The position numbers were made by a program, and so were the translations under genes. The notes under the pieces were generated by a model. That model was given only the letters and a program-made list of their open reading frames with translations, ran no database searches and was not told the origin of the DNA. A stretch of DNA of 64,000 nt from an uncultured Nitrososphaeraceae archaeon (lineage in GTDB: Archaea; Thermoproteota; Nitrososphaeria; Nitrososphaerales; Nitrososphaeraceae), in NCBI GenBank assembly GCA_963837175.1, contig CAWIMJ010000039.1:62830-126829 (forward strand), written 5' to 3'. Shown here one piece after another: positions 1 through 11,605 of the stretch. How positions within the stretch are numbered: the first letter of the stretch is position 1; every line of letters starts with the position of its first letter.

Positions 1-741
1 GACAGACGTCTAAGAACGATATCTACAGATATAAAAGAAAGAATAGTTGTCATGACAAATCATTTCATATATGAAGGAATGATAGACCCATACATTGTTG
101 CAATAGATAGTACTTTACTCAAGGCCAAAGGACATATCTGGCACAAATCATCTATGAAAAAAGATATAATACCACGTTCTGGAATTGATACTGATGCAAG
201 ATGGGGATTCAGCCATACCAAGGGTTGGATATTTGGTTACAAACTCCATTTGATATCAAGTACTGGACCTATTATAGTACCATTAGCAGCAGATTTTACA
301 ACTGCTAATGTACAGGATAATCAATTGTATAATCCAATGACTGCCCTATCATCTTCTCTAATCACAGAAGAAACATGTTTCATGATAGGTGATTCTGGGT
401 ATGACGATCAAAAACTATATGATCTTAGCATCAATAGAGGATTTGAACTAGTGTGTCCAGTACAAAGATATGAACATACTTCGACTAAAAGACTACACCT
501 TATAGAATTCTATGAATCTGAATTAGGACAGGCCATTTATTCTTGGAGAAGCAAATCGATAGAACCATTAATAGAACATCTAAAACAGGTATTTAGAATA
601 GATCCATTACTTATAAGAGGATATCACAAGGCTGCTGGACTAGTACTCTTATCAGGTACTTCTATACCAGGTACTTGTCTATTACAATCTTAAAATGACA
701 AGAAAACAACCAAAAGCAATCAAACATCTATTGTGTAGTTA
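1..741 (+). mobile_element. DDE transposase (DDE_Tnp_1-like IS), 5'-truncated by window edge, frameshift near C-terminus
   Basis: Frame is open from base 1. Motifs AIDST, DARWG..GYKLH, GDSGYD and R..IE match DDE transposases. At ~655 the natural C-terminus (VLLYQVLVYYN...HLLCS*) continues in another frame to 741. Confidence 0.85.
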
Positions 742-979
742 ATCTGACAATAAATGAATGATGAAAATTATAACATCGAATTATGCCCAAGTCTCATATA
801 ATTACATAAGTATGCACATGGAACGAGTAGGTAAGTTATCGTGTACATAACCCTCCTTTATAGAGAGGAATGGGTGACAATTTTATGTATCACATTCATA
901 CGGGATATTTATGACGTAGACAAACCAGTTAACACCTTTATAAAGAATGAATAGGCTACAAATTATATACTGAGTAGTG

Positions 980-1576
980 ATGGCTGCTGGTCAGATATTC
1001 ATTTCTCATAGTGCTAAAGACAAAAAATAGTGGATGCTTTCCTTGAAAAATTTAACGATGCGGGCATTAAACCTGTTTTGATGGAATATGAAAAATGGTC
1101 GAGATGGTAGACCTAATTGGTTATGGATAAAGGATGAAATCCAAAGATCAAAGGCCTTTTTTCTTATATTAACAAAGAATATAGTTAAAAACGAACATAC
1201 TCAAAATTGGGTTGCTTTTGAAATAGGAGTTGCTTCTACACGTAATCCAAGGATTCCTGTTATTGTTTTTAGGGAGGAGAATGTTGATTTTCCAGTTCCT
1301 TATCTCAGTCACTATTATGACCAACCATTGTCAAATACAAACCATTTGTTATCACACGATTTTTCATTGACTGTGTTAAATGTTCTGATCCATGCGGTCA
1401 TGGGATCCATTGTTGATGGTGTTATTAAGCAAGATATAGATATGACTAAAGTAGATGAAGCATCTTTAAAATGTTCCAACTATCTTCTCAGATTTCTTTA
1501 TTGCGGAACAAACGAGGAATTCAATTGTCCTTGCTGTTCTAAGTTAATAATTCAAGATTTATCACACGATTTATAA
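980..1576 (+). pseudogene. TIR-domain protein with C-terminal Zn-ribbon-like Cys motif, two frameshifts
   Basis: ATG 980 gives MAAGQIFISHSAKDK. After a shift it reads IVDAFLEKFNDAGIKPVLMEYEKW, and after a second shift it joins ORF 1088-1576 (IKDEIQRSKAFFLILT..NWVAFEIGVA, with the TIR catalytic Glu). Ends C..FNCPCC. Confidence 0.75.
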
Positions 1577-1677
1577 TAATATCTTGCTCCATTACTTTCT
1601 ATCTCACCCTCAACCTCTTAGTAGTGTTTCAAACCTTAACTTGTACATAGCACCTGTCAAACTCTATCTGTAACAAA

Positions 1678-1857
1678 ATGAATGAATCAGCACCAGAAGA
1701 CAAATCTCTACCACCATTATTAAACGCACTTGAGGACAGGCTGTATAACAGAATCAGAAAGAAGAAAGGGCCAATGCATATTCCCAGAACAGAGCTGGAC
1801 AGAGCTGGACATAGACAGAAGATAGACAGCGTTGCTGATTATATAGATCTTAAATAG
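1678..1857 (+). CDS. small hypothetical protein (59 aa), paralog-like to 33017-33229; possibly disrupted by a 10-bp duplication
   Basis: MNESAPEDKSLPPLLNALEDRLYNRIRKKKGPMH resembles MNEP..LQEILQNRIIQKKTEMH. Tandem AGAGCTGGAC x2 at 1791-1810. Confidence 0.4.
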   Translation: MNESAPEDKSLPPLLNALEDRLYNRIRKKKGPMHIPRTELDRAGHRQKIDSVADYIDLK

Positions 1858-2033
1858 AAAATTGTATCATTTATTTATATTTAACACATGTAAAATGAAG
1901 ATAGTGGGCAGACGTTATGACAATTATTTACTTATGACAATAATTGTATTAATCGCTCTACCTGTCTTGCTTGCATTTTCCACTTTTTTCACCATCATAT
2001 ATAGGCTAGGTTAAGCTGGCAGCAAGCAAGGAT

Positions 2034-2552
2034 TTACTTGCAGTACTGCGGTTTTTCTACACAATTCAGGTGCTGTGAACCATATATCCGAGTGTTACCA
2101 AAATGCTTATCAATTTTTAATGGGTCAAGCCACATACTAAAAGCATGCCCGCTCATCAATTTTATGCTTATTGGAACATCGGTTACAGGACTGTTCCCCA
2201 TGGTTATAGTTGCTGTTCCATTGAATGTAGTGGAATTGTTGTTGATTATGGGACTGCCAATCAGTTTAAAGTTTGATATTGTATGGATATGAGTTGCCGA
2301 TCCATTTAATTTCATCATATAAAATGTTGCATTGAACATAGGAGAAGTGGAATTCATCTTATCGATTCTATAAATGCCATGGACGATCCAAGTTGGAATA
2401 CCATTTTGATCATTTTGAATACCTACCAAGCTGCCCTTTGCCGTACTGTTAGAGGCCGCACCATATACAAAGTCACTATCAGTGAAGATTTGTCCACCTA
2501 TCATAGTAACAACAAATGTCAAGGCTAGTATAATTATGAGCTTTATTATCAT
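2034..2552 (-). CDS. secreted hypothetical protein (thaumarchaeal beta-rich family)
   Basis: N-terminal signal peptide. Motifs HxHTISNF and DKHFGNTxIYG. Confidence 0.75.
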   Translation of the reverse strand: MIIKLIIILALTFVVTMIGGQIFTDSDFVYGAASNSTAKGSLVGIQNDQNGIPTWIVHGIYRIDKMNSTSPMFNATFYMMKLNGSATHIHTISNFKLIGSPIINNNSTTFNGTATITMGNSPVTDVPISIKLMSGHAFSMWLDPLKIDKHFGNTRIYGSQHLNCVEKPQYCK

Positions 2553-2614
2553 TAATCACAAGAGATAAACGAGATATATATATAAATAAATTGGTAATTT
2601 CTTGTATTTTTCAC

Positions 2615-3164
2615 CTAGTTCAATAGCTCTATCGATATCTTCATATGGGAATAAATTTCCACCAACACTAAGAAATTCTGTTTCATAAAACTGTGAATAT
2701 AATAGTCAAGTCTTTGCTTCTCTACCTTCAAGAAATCTGCAATTATTAAACCAGCCTTTACTGCTTCACTTGCTTTAACTATGGTTATATCAAATAAATC
2801 TGAAGGTTCTTTATTAACATAATATTTTTCGTAGATTTCATATACTTTTCCTACTGGTCTCCTGGGAGGTAATTCAATGAGCATCGTTCCATCAGTGTTA
2901 GCAAGTCTAGAAAATGCTGGCAGCGAACAGACTTGAATCATCTACCAACTTTGAAGCAGTAATATCCGAGAAATGAATATGATCAACTTGCTTCCATGAC
3001 CAAACTTGAGTTTCTGAACTTTTCAATATTTCACCCTGATTTTTTCGATAAGAGAGATAGGTGTGGACAGAGATTGAAACATTGTAGTGGGTGCTATCAG
3101 AGAGTCTTAGTATCAGAAGGGCAGCGGGATATGCAATACTATTACTAATAACTAGTAACGACAT
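2615..3164 (-). pseudogene. hypothetical protein split by an apparent frameshift (ORFs 2907-3164 and 2615-2941)
   Basis: Two overlapping same-strand ORFs with protein-like composition; no family recognised. Confidence 0.3.
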
Positions 3165-3453
3165 AAAGAGAGTGAGAAATGAGAGAATAAACTTCTTCTA
3201 ATGACGATATTGTTTGTTTATGTGTTTGAAACAGAACGTATTATTCCTCAACCACATAACTGACAGGTGGTAGTCTAGTGAGACTGAATGTTATTATGTC
3301 AGTACAGATATAGCCACATCCGCCATTCTAGTTCGTTTCTGGTTGTCAATGTTTGGTTTATTCCTTCATATTTATTTCGTGGTTTGGATTTTTAGGTTTA
3401 TCGCCTACAGGAAGACTGGTTTAAATGGCTTAATAGCTGTTAACTCCACGTGA

Positions 3454-3700
3454 TTATGTTTCGCAACCTATGCCATCTCCATCACTGTCGAAACCATGCG
3501 GGTCAGGTGGTAAAACTGTAAAATCTTTGTCTGCAATATCAGTACAATCTGTCCGGTGGAGAAGGCGGTATACATACATCTGGATATGAAGAGTCACAGT
3601 TGTCTTTCTGAGCATTCGTTTGAGTAGGAGAAGAGAAAAGAACTGTAGCACTGGTGAACAGTATAATCGTCAAGACTGAAGCAACTACTTTTGCTTTCAT
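3454..3700 (-). pseudogene. secreted Excalibur-like calcium-binding domain protein, frameshifted
   Basis: Signal peptide MKAKVVASVL.. then CDSSYPDVCIPPSPPD, a frameshift, then DCTDI..FTVLPPDPHGFDSDGDGIGCE (DxDGDGxGCE). Confidence 0.8.
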
Positions 3701-4538
3701 TCTTGCTGCTATAAAGTCACAGTATGATAAAAGTTTTTTGCGTGGAAACGAAATGCAGCGGGTTCTACTCTCAGTTATAGAAAACATAATAATCTACTGA
3801 GGTGCCTGGCTTGCTATGTGTGTCTGCTCTGACTGGGTGCCATGACGATACGTCAGAAAGTTATGGCAGTAGCAATAAGGGCCACGATTCCAATAATATC
3901 TCCTATATCTAATTCATTTTTAAAAGCAATGACTAGTATTTCTGTCACCATATTAAGATACACGTTTATCATATTGTGTTTTATCTATTTCTTCGTCAAT
4001 CAGATTTCTAGTGTGATTTACTCATAATAGTAGCATATGTAAGTGGGTGTATAATGTTTATCAATTATTATTTGATATATTAAGTGCTATGCTTCATTCG
4101 CTTACCTATTCACTAACTCACTAATTCACTCGCTATACCTCGTTAACTCGTTCTTTCGAAGCAACCTAGGATATAAGTATACGCTACCTGCCGCCTACTA
4201 TATGTACTTATATACGCTAAGATATTGAATCAAAAATAAGGAGGCTTATTATTCAATAGGCAAATATGAAAAGTTAATACGTGAATACGTGCAAATATTC
4301 CCATAATATTTAGTGGAAGTGAAGTAAAAATTTACAAAAGAACTTTACACAAGTGCTTCGAAAACCTGAACATATCTTTAAGTAAGCATTCTTCTCTTCT
4401 ATCAATATTTGGGAGTATATTTGTAATAATAAATCCTTATGATTCAAGTAGCATTTGTTCCCACATATGAATAAAATTTCATTATTCTTTTCTTATAACT
4501 AATCATCAAAAATCCTTATTCTCCTTCCTTTCTTTTCT

Positions 4539-5342
4539 TTATATCCTCCATGCTACCTTGAGATACTCAGTATCTATTTCTGTACCTAAGTAATCTACAC
4601 CTAGCTTCATACATGCCAAGGCAGTTGTACCTATTCCCATAAATGGATCATAAACAACCATGTCTTGTTTTATTCCATGCATCTTTATACAAAGATACGG
4701 TAGTTTTTCAGGAAATACTGCTGGATGAGGTCTACCTTCTTGAATTGTAGGATATGGAATGAACCATACATTACCTCTATCTCTTTTATCATGTGTTGCA
4801 GATTTCCATCTTCCAATATTTGTCTTATCCTGATAGGGTACACCTATTGCTCGTTTATCCAATTTTACATTTCCTACTTTTGTGAGATGAAAAATGTATT
4901 CATGAAGATCAGTTAGAAATCTTTCACTAATTATTGGTTTAAAATGACCTATAGAATAGTCATTACGTATTCCATTATTTTTACCTACATCTTCTTTTTC
5001 AAATGAGATCGATTTTATCCAATGAATTGTATTTTGTACTTTGTACCCTGTTTTTCTAAATCTATCAACTACTTCAAAGGGTAGTATAGGATCTGATGGC
5101 GTCCCACCTATATTGAGAAAGAATGAACCATTATCCTTTAAAATTAAATAACTTAATTGGGCTATTTCATAAAGCCAATTCAGATACTCGTCTCTTTCTT
5201 TATTATCTTTATATGATCCATATTCTTTGTTTAAATTATATGGTGGCGATGTCACAATAACATCTACACTCACGCTCTCTAGATTGAGCCTTTTCATAAA
5301 ATCTGTGCAGTTTTCATTGTAGATATTGTTTAGTTCTATCAC
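4539..5342 (-). CDS. site-specific DNA methyltransferase, N4-C/N6-A beta class (orphan)
   Basis: Motif IV TSPPY precedes motif I YDPFMGIGTT; HPAVFP present. No adjacent endonuclease gene. Confidence 0.9.
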   Translation of the reverse strand: MIELNNIYNENCTDFMKRLNLESVSVDVIVTSPPYNLNKEYGSYKDNKERDEYLNWLYEIAQLSYLILKDNGSFFLNIGGTPSDPILPFEVVDRFRKTGYKVQNTIHWIKSISFEKEDVGKNNGIRNDYSIGHFKPIISERFLTDLHEYIFHLTKVGNVKLDKRAIGVPYQDKTNIGRWKSATHDKRDRGNVWFIPYPTIQEGRPHPAVFPEKLPYLCIKMHGIKQDMVVYDPFMGIGTTALACMKLGVDYLGTEIDTEYLKVAWRI

Positions 5343-5576
5343 TCTACAATCAACTTAATAGAAATCAGCTAATAAAGATCTTTTCTTATCATTTTGATAA
5401 TGAGCCTGTTATATGGTGCTATTATAACTTTGCTCCCTCAGTATACACTCGCTTCTTTTCACTTAATCATATCAACCTTTCTTACTATTTTTAATATTTG
5501 ATTATATTACTATCATTGGATAAATCTATAGCAAATTAAAAAGGTTTAAGTTTGTATTAATTAAAAGTGGTACAAT

Positions 5577-6542
5577 ATGGAGAAACTGACTTCATGGTTG
5601 CTAAAAGAACCAGAAGGAGTACTACCTGCATTAGATAGATGCATATTATTTTTTTTGAAAATTATTTATTTGGGTTTAAGGATTGTACTTAGATTAGTTT
5701 TAGGCAAGGAAAGAAGAGATAAACTATATGTTGAAAAAGGGATTAGTTATGCGTGGATTGATTATTTGAATCCTTCATTATACTTATTAAAGTTATTCTA
5801 TAAATCTATTAAGTTTCTGGGAGTAGGGAATTCCCAGGTATTAATAAAAATCAGTGTACCAAAATACGATTACAAATTCTATTGTCGAATTAACAAAGCA
5901 GATTTTATAACACGTGAAGATGGAATAATAGAACATTTTACTCCTAAGCAAGGAGATATAGTTGTAGATATTGGTGCACATATGGGCCGGTATACAATAA
6001 TAAGCTCAAAACGAGTTGGTACAAATGGAAAAGTAATTGCTATTGAGGCTCATCCGGGCAATTTTGAAATGTTAAATCGTAATATCAAACTAAATCAGTT
6101 AACTAATGTTATACCTTTGAATTATGCAGTATATTCTAAAGAAACAAAAATAAAACTCTACATACCAGGAGAAGAATCAGGCTATACCGTATATAACACT
6201 ATTATGTCCAATAGGGCAGGAACTGAAGATAAATTTGTAGAAGTAAATGCTAACACATTGGATTGTCTATTACAATTAAATCAAATAAGAGAAGAAGAAG
6301 TAAACTGGGTTAAAATTGATGTGGAGGGAGCAGAATTTGAAGTGTTAAAAGGGGCTACTAATGTACTATCCAAAAGTAAAGACATAGCACTTTTGATTGA
6401 GGTTCATGGATCAGATAATTATAAGCCAATACTAAACTTTCTTAATTTATATAATTTCAAAATAGAATTTGAAAAGAACCATGAGAGTGGAGATACGCAT
6501 ATAATCCTAAGGAAAGATGGGTTCAAAAATAGAATAATATAG
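5577..6542 (+). CDS. FkbM-family SAM-dependent methyltransferase
   Basis: VVDIGAHMGRYT, IAIEAHP and KIDVEGAEFEVLKG motifs. Confidence 0.9.
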   Translation: MEKLTSWLLKEPEGVLPALDRCILFFLKIIYLGLRIVLRLVLGKERRDKLYVEKGISYAWIDYLNPSLYLLKLFYKSIKFLGVGNSQVLIKISVPKYDYKFYCRINKADFITREDGIIEHFTPKQGDIVVDIGAHMGRYTIISSKRVGTNGKVIAIEAHPGNFEMLNRNIKLNQLTNVIPLNYAVYSKETKIKLYIPGEESGYTVYNTIMSNRAGTEDKFVEVNANTLDCLLQLNQIREEEVNWVKIDVEGAEFEVLKGATNVLSKSKDIALLIEVHGSDNYKPILNFLNLYNFKIEFEKNHESGDTHIILRKDGFKNRII

Positions 6543-6888
6543 TATATTTTATTTAATAAAATTAAATGATGTAGAAATGTCAATAATTTGTGATGATGAT
6601 AAAAGATTTATTGGAGACTTCACATATATTTGATTTCAAAATATAATGTTGATTGTCTGCTCAGAAAGAGTAGACGAAAAAAATTTCCAAGAAATATTGT
6701 GTAATGTTAAAACTCCCATTATTTTACAAATATTATCGTCGCAGTCGATGCTTAGGTGGATGCCGTCTTTGATACATATATGGTGTCATTTTGTGGTACT
6801 GACAGTGAAAGAAATATGGTCATCAAACCTATGCAAATTAGAACTCATGATAGTGTATATATAATAAATATTGCAGAAATTAATAATA

Positions 6889-7026
6889 ATGATAGAAGAA
6901 GATTCAAGTCAAGATACTGTTCCTACTTCCTCATATAATTATAAATGTAAAGAGTGTGGCAAAGTTTTTCCCAACGCAATGCAGCTTACACATCATTATA
7001 GAATGGATCATCCCGAAGGACTCTAA
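6889..7026 (+). CDS. 45-aa C2H2 zinc-finger microprotein (not in ORF track)
   Basis: MIEEDSSQDTVPTSSYNYKCKECGKVFPNAMQLTHHYRMDHPEGL*: Y-x-C-x2-C-x3-F-x5-L-x2-H-x4-H. AT-rich TATA-like sequence ~30 nt upstream. Confidence 0.8.
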   Translation: MIEEDSSQDTVPTSSYNYKCKECGKVFPNAMQLTHHYRMDHPEGL

Positions 7027-7603
7027 CATAAAAACACAACAAAACAAGTGATAATATTAATAAGAACCATCATAGAAAATGAAAGGATATTAAATAAAGA
7101 AGAAACTAGATATGACTATGTATTTGGTATTCATAGCTTCGTAGTAAGATATTATCAGTAAAAGAATGTGACAATGAATGAAATTAGCCAAATAAGTTGA
7201 ACAGTCCTAATTATTTACACTTCCTTGACCAATTTACCAATAACATGAGAAGACTGTGACGTTACTTGTTATAGGCAATGTTCTATATGCAGGATTAAAA
7301 ACAAAGAGCCTCTATTCTATAATACACAACCAAGCATAAAAGAAAATTATCTAACTTATGATAATAGTGTTTTTGTTTGTAATCTTGTAATCGAAGAGAA
7401 GGTAGACTTCGTTAATAGAAATTATTTTATTATTATTAGTTGTTTGCAGTTTTAAGGACTAGACATCTTTCAAAAGACTTGTCATAGGAATCCAACCCAA
7501 GCATTCCTGCTTTGCTAGTATTAATAGATATATATTATATTGTCTCTTATTGCTATTGCAGTCAGTAAAGAAATATTAGAAGAACAGATAGCTTCCAAAT
7601 ATT

Positions 7604-7996
7604 TCATGAAATAATTTTTTTCGTTGATTGCATAATTTTCAAAATATCTACAAATTCTGTGTTTTTATCAAATGTGATATAGCAAAAGTTAGTTTCATTT
7701 GATAATACTATCTGTTTAACCTTTTCATTTTCGGTAAACGTATAAATAGTCTTACCGATGGATCCTTCAAATTCCTTTCTTAATCTATTTCTTGTTGCCT
7801 CAATGAAATGTTCATTTCTAGAATCATCAGGCTTCAATAATGGTATTACACCTTTACGTAATTGTCCTGCTAAAGTTTGTCCAAAATTATTAATTATGCC
7901 TACATAGCGTATCTTTGGTGAGATGGATAGAATTGTGAGACAATTATCTTTATACTTATTAATTTGATCCTTAGATAGAGTTTTGTGTACCAACAT
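7604..7996 (-). CDS. DUF6659-like (roadblock/profilin-like) thaumarchaeal protein
   Basis: ILSISPKIRYVGIINNFG..G.LRKG..PLL pattern. Confidence 0.7.
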   Translation of the reverse strand: MLVHKTLSKDQINKYKDNCLTILSISPKIRYVGIINNFGQTLAGQLRKGVIPLLKPDDSRNEHFIEATRNRLRKEFEGSIGKTIYTFTENEKVKQIVLSNETNFCYITFDKNTEFVDILKIMQSTKKIIS

Positions 7997-8200
7997 TATT
8001 CATATATTTAAGGACATAATAAATTGATCTGCAAAGATCTCATACTTTATACATAAGCACATACCTTCAGAAAATACACCTGCTAATTAATTAATTAACT
8101 ATCATCCTTTGGCACGGTTAAATTAACATCAGCTTCATCAATTATTATCATCATCCATTCATAGTTTTATCTTCTTTTTAAGTGTCTATAGAGTATTTTA

Positions 8201-9790
8201 TCATTGATGGTTCATCCTTAAGCTGATAACTGGAAGAACAATAGCAAAAGTCGCACCCTTTCCCTCTGGATTGTTTTCAGCCGATATTTTTCCACCATGA
8301 GCTTCAACAATATTTTTAGCAATAAACAATCCCAATCCAGTACCTATGTCGGATTTTGTAGCAAACTTTGAAAATAGCCTAGGCAATATTTCAGAATTTA
8401 TTCCAGAACCAGTGTCTTTGATGCTGAGGATAACATTGTGGTCATCTTTAATTTTTGTGATAACTTTAATTGTTCCTTTTATAGTGAATTTAACAGAATT
8501 ACTTAGCAGGTTAGAAATTACTTGAGTCAACCTAGATCTATCTGCTTCTACAAAAATATCTTTAGGTTCATACAATAATTTTATATTTTTACTTTTGAAG
8601 TCTTTCTTTACTATTATATCATTTATAGTATTTGTTATTATATCTTTTAAATTGAATTGTTGTTTATTTAGTGTTAGTGAGTTACTTTCAATTCTCGTAA
8701 CATCAAGAATATCCTCTGTAAGCCTTTGCAGTCTTCTTGCATTTCTTATAATGGCATCTATTAATTCATTATATTGTTCTATGCTTCCTTTTTTTGAAAT
8801 AAGAACTTCAGCTAAGCCAAGTATAGGCTGAATAGGTGTTCGTAATTCATGAGCTGCTATATTGATAAATTCCTTTTGCATTTTATCATGAGCTTTTAGT
8901 TGTTCATACAAATCTCTTAATTCCCCATACAAGTCAACCTGATTCCATAGAGTATCAAATATTGATAAATAAGACAAAACCGTTGGCTTGCTATTAGAAT
9001 ATGTTGCCAAGCCTATTGCTTCATAAGAAGTTTCTTTTGTATCATCCTTCAATTCTACAGTTAATAAGAATTTCCTATCCACTAACAAAGTTGTAACTTT
9101 AGTTTGTAAAGGATAGTCGATATTTCGAATGTCAATTTGATGCTTCTGTTCTTTGAATTTTTGTTCTTTCTCTTTAATTATATCATCCATAGGAGTCAGA
9201 ATTCTTATCTTCACATGACGTTCTGCTGTAGCCTCTTTAAATAATTCCATTGCTCCTGCACGCTCTTGACGATGGAATGCATTAGCTGTGGAAAATATTA
9301 CCAATATTTCATGTGTAGCGAATTTTATGAGCTCAAGACCAATCAATTGTACTTCAATAGGATCACGAATAGTCTCTATGACCTCTGGTTCTATTCCTTC
9401 TTCTATTTCTTTAATTTTTTGCTCAGCTGGTATTGCTTTACTCCAAATAGTATCAAAGATATATTGCTGCTGTTCTACTAGTTCCTTTACGTTGCTGTAT
9501 ATAGTTTGTGATGCTGTTTTGTCTTTCTCATATAAAATTAATGGAGCAAGGTATTCTGTTTCACTTATCATAAAATTGCCTTTAATTCCATCTAAGTGGC
9601 GCAATTCATCAACAATTGTAATTAGCTCTTTACAATAAGCAATATTATCTTTAGTAATCTCAGTGAGATATCTTAATTTTATACCTCTACTTTTAGCATC
9701 AAGAAAAGCATTCTTGATTGGTTCAATTAAAATAGCTAATGGTGGTCGTGTATAATTCATGCAGGTATCAATTTTTATTTTTGCTTTCAA
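8201..9790 (-). CDS. cytoplasmic sensor histidine kinase (thaumarchaeal type)
   Basis: H-box AAHELRTPIQPILG, N-box QVISNLLSNSVKF, G1 DTGSG and G2 GTGLGL. Frame stays open ~80 nt further upstream, so the start is uncertain. Confidence 0.92.
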   Translation of the reverse strand: MKAKIKIDTCMNYTRPPLAILIEPIKNAFLDAKSRGIKLRYLTEITKDNIAYCKELITIVDELRHLDGIKGNFMISETEYLAPLILYEKDKTASQTIYSNVKELVEQQQYIFDTIWSKAIPAEQKIKEIEEGIEPEVIETIRDPIEVQLIGLELIKFATHEILVIFSTANAFHRQERAGAMELFKEATAERHVKIRILTPMDDIIKEKEQKFKEQKHQIDIRNIDYPLQTKVTTLLVDRKFLLTVELKDDTKETSYEAIGLATYSNSKPTVLSYLSIFDTLWNQVDLYGELRDLYEQLKAHDKMQKEFINIAAHELRTPIQPILGLAEVLISKKGSIEQYNELIDAIIRNARRLQRLTEDILDVTRIESNSLTLNKQQFNLKDIITNTINDIIVKKDFKSKNIKLLYEPKDIFVEADRSRLTQVISNLLSNSVKFTIKGTIKVITKIKDDHNVILSIKDTGSGINSEILPRLFSKFATKSDIGTGLGLFIAKNIVEAHGGKISAENNPEGKGATFAIVLPVISLRMNHQ

Positions 9791-10319
9791 GAAAAATTGT
9801 AATTCTGCACCTATTACGTTGTCAACACCATAAATTATTTTAGTCTTGATATTTTTCGTATTATTTCGATATCACTATTACAATATTGATGTATATAAGA
9901 TGTTAGATTAAAGTTATATTGCTGTAATTTGAACCTCAGAAACCAATGGCGATTAATATGGTATTTATGATGGGATTACCTATGGTAGGGGTTAGAGTCA
10001 TTATTCATGTTATTGCTCGTCGAATTTGGATATTATTAGACATACATGAGCTTAAAAAAGACAAGAATGAATGGATATGAGAGTACTTTGATTGCTTGCA
10101 GCCCCCATGTCATGTGACAGGAGAACCAACTCCTTGAAGCAGCAGGTAGTAATTTGTTATACTCTATTCAACTTCTTATTGCATTTACTTCACTAATGAC
10201 TGTTATCATCTAATCAATCAGAGGATCTGATTTGTAAATTCAACTCCAAGATATCTGCAATAATTACATAACGGAAATATGATACTTGTCATTAAATACG
10301 TATAAATTGAAATCAGGAG

Positions 10320-11390
10320 GTAGCAAATCAGCTTTTAGAGGACATATTTCATTCAATTTATCCTTCCTGCCATAATCGTCGCAGTATTCGGTAGTAATCA
10401 GCTTTTCATTTTTTTGGCTACCTTAACTAAGCCGAATATTGATATTATACTTAATGAAAAGGATCCCAGTAAATCATCAATTAAATTTTCGAATACAGGA
10501 ATAGAGGCTGCTACACATATGAACTTAAAGATCAAATACCTCAAAACATTCGCAATTACACAATTGTATTTAGTTCAGAAAATATAACTTTTGTAAATAA
10601 AACTACTCCAAAATTGTTGGAGATATACATGCCACGGTTTGTACAAGGACCGGGTTCAATAACTCAAATAGATTTATAGATACATAAGAATGAAAAAACA
10701 AATAATCAGACTTATGGTAACTATAATGTTTACGCAACATACGATCAGAATAGTTTAAAAGAAACAACGCAGAAAACATCATCTTTTATAAACTTCTTAG
10801 AAGAGTGGATAAATTCATGGTCTGCTAGTTTGGGAGGAATCATTGTTTTTTGGTCTTGTCATATCTGGTGCATATTTTGCATATTATATTCGCTTATTTT
10901 TTTGGAACAGAAGAGAATACAAAATACAAATTAAAAAAGTTGTTTCAAAAGACATTGTTGAACAGGCTACAATAAACTTCTATAAAAATTACTCAGCAGA
11001 TCGTGATTGTAGTCATAGACTCCTTGCTGAATATTTATCAGAATTGGAAGGCAGCATGGGAACAAATTCATCATTTGCATTTCAAATATTCCATATATAG
11101 TAAAGACAATGACCTTCTCCCTGAGATAGACAATATAATAGATGACAGCATTGAGAAAGCAATAAGCAATTCCTTGGCAAGAGAAACAGATAAAAGATCT
11201 TTTTGAACAGGGTTGAAAGCTACATTCCACTTCAAGGAGACATTCAGCGTCTCCATAGGAAAAATGCCAAAAAATTGTAGATATTGATGTAGGTATTAGA
11301 AAGGAAGGAACCACCTCATATGATCGTGCTGATATAAAATATTATACAGTTATTGCAAATACAAAAAGAAAAATAATGGAATATCAATAT
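10320..11390 (+). pseudogene. degraded membrane-anchored hypothetical protein
   Basis: Successive protein-like fragments in shifting frames (including ORFs 10843-11100 and 11003-11206); family not recognised, boundaries approximate. Confidence 0.3.
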
Positions 11391-11605
11391 TAAGAAAGTT
11401 CTCTAAATACTGCTCTTGCGATGCGGGTCTGCCTAACGATAAGAGAAATCATAACATATCATTTACTACAATAGAGACCATGTTCAAATTGATAGAACAT
11501 TAGTAAAGACACTTTCTATTGCAGCTGAATGAGGTTGACCTACCCTCAGATGAAAGATGCTCGTGAACTTTTGGAGATTGGAGCTATTACAGAGTTTTGA
11601 TCATA

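Noticed and set aside
8595-9638. Short + strand ORFs inside the kinase, and similar antisense ORFs over the ABC, ligase, kinase and sialidase genes
   Set aside because: Antisense shadows of well-supported genes, with no independent evidence.
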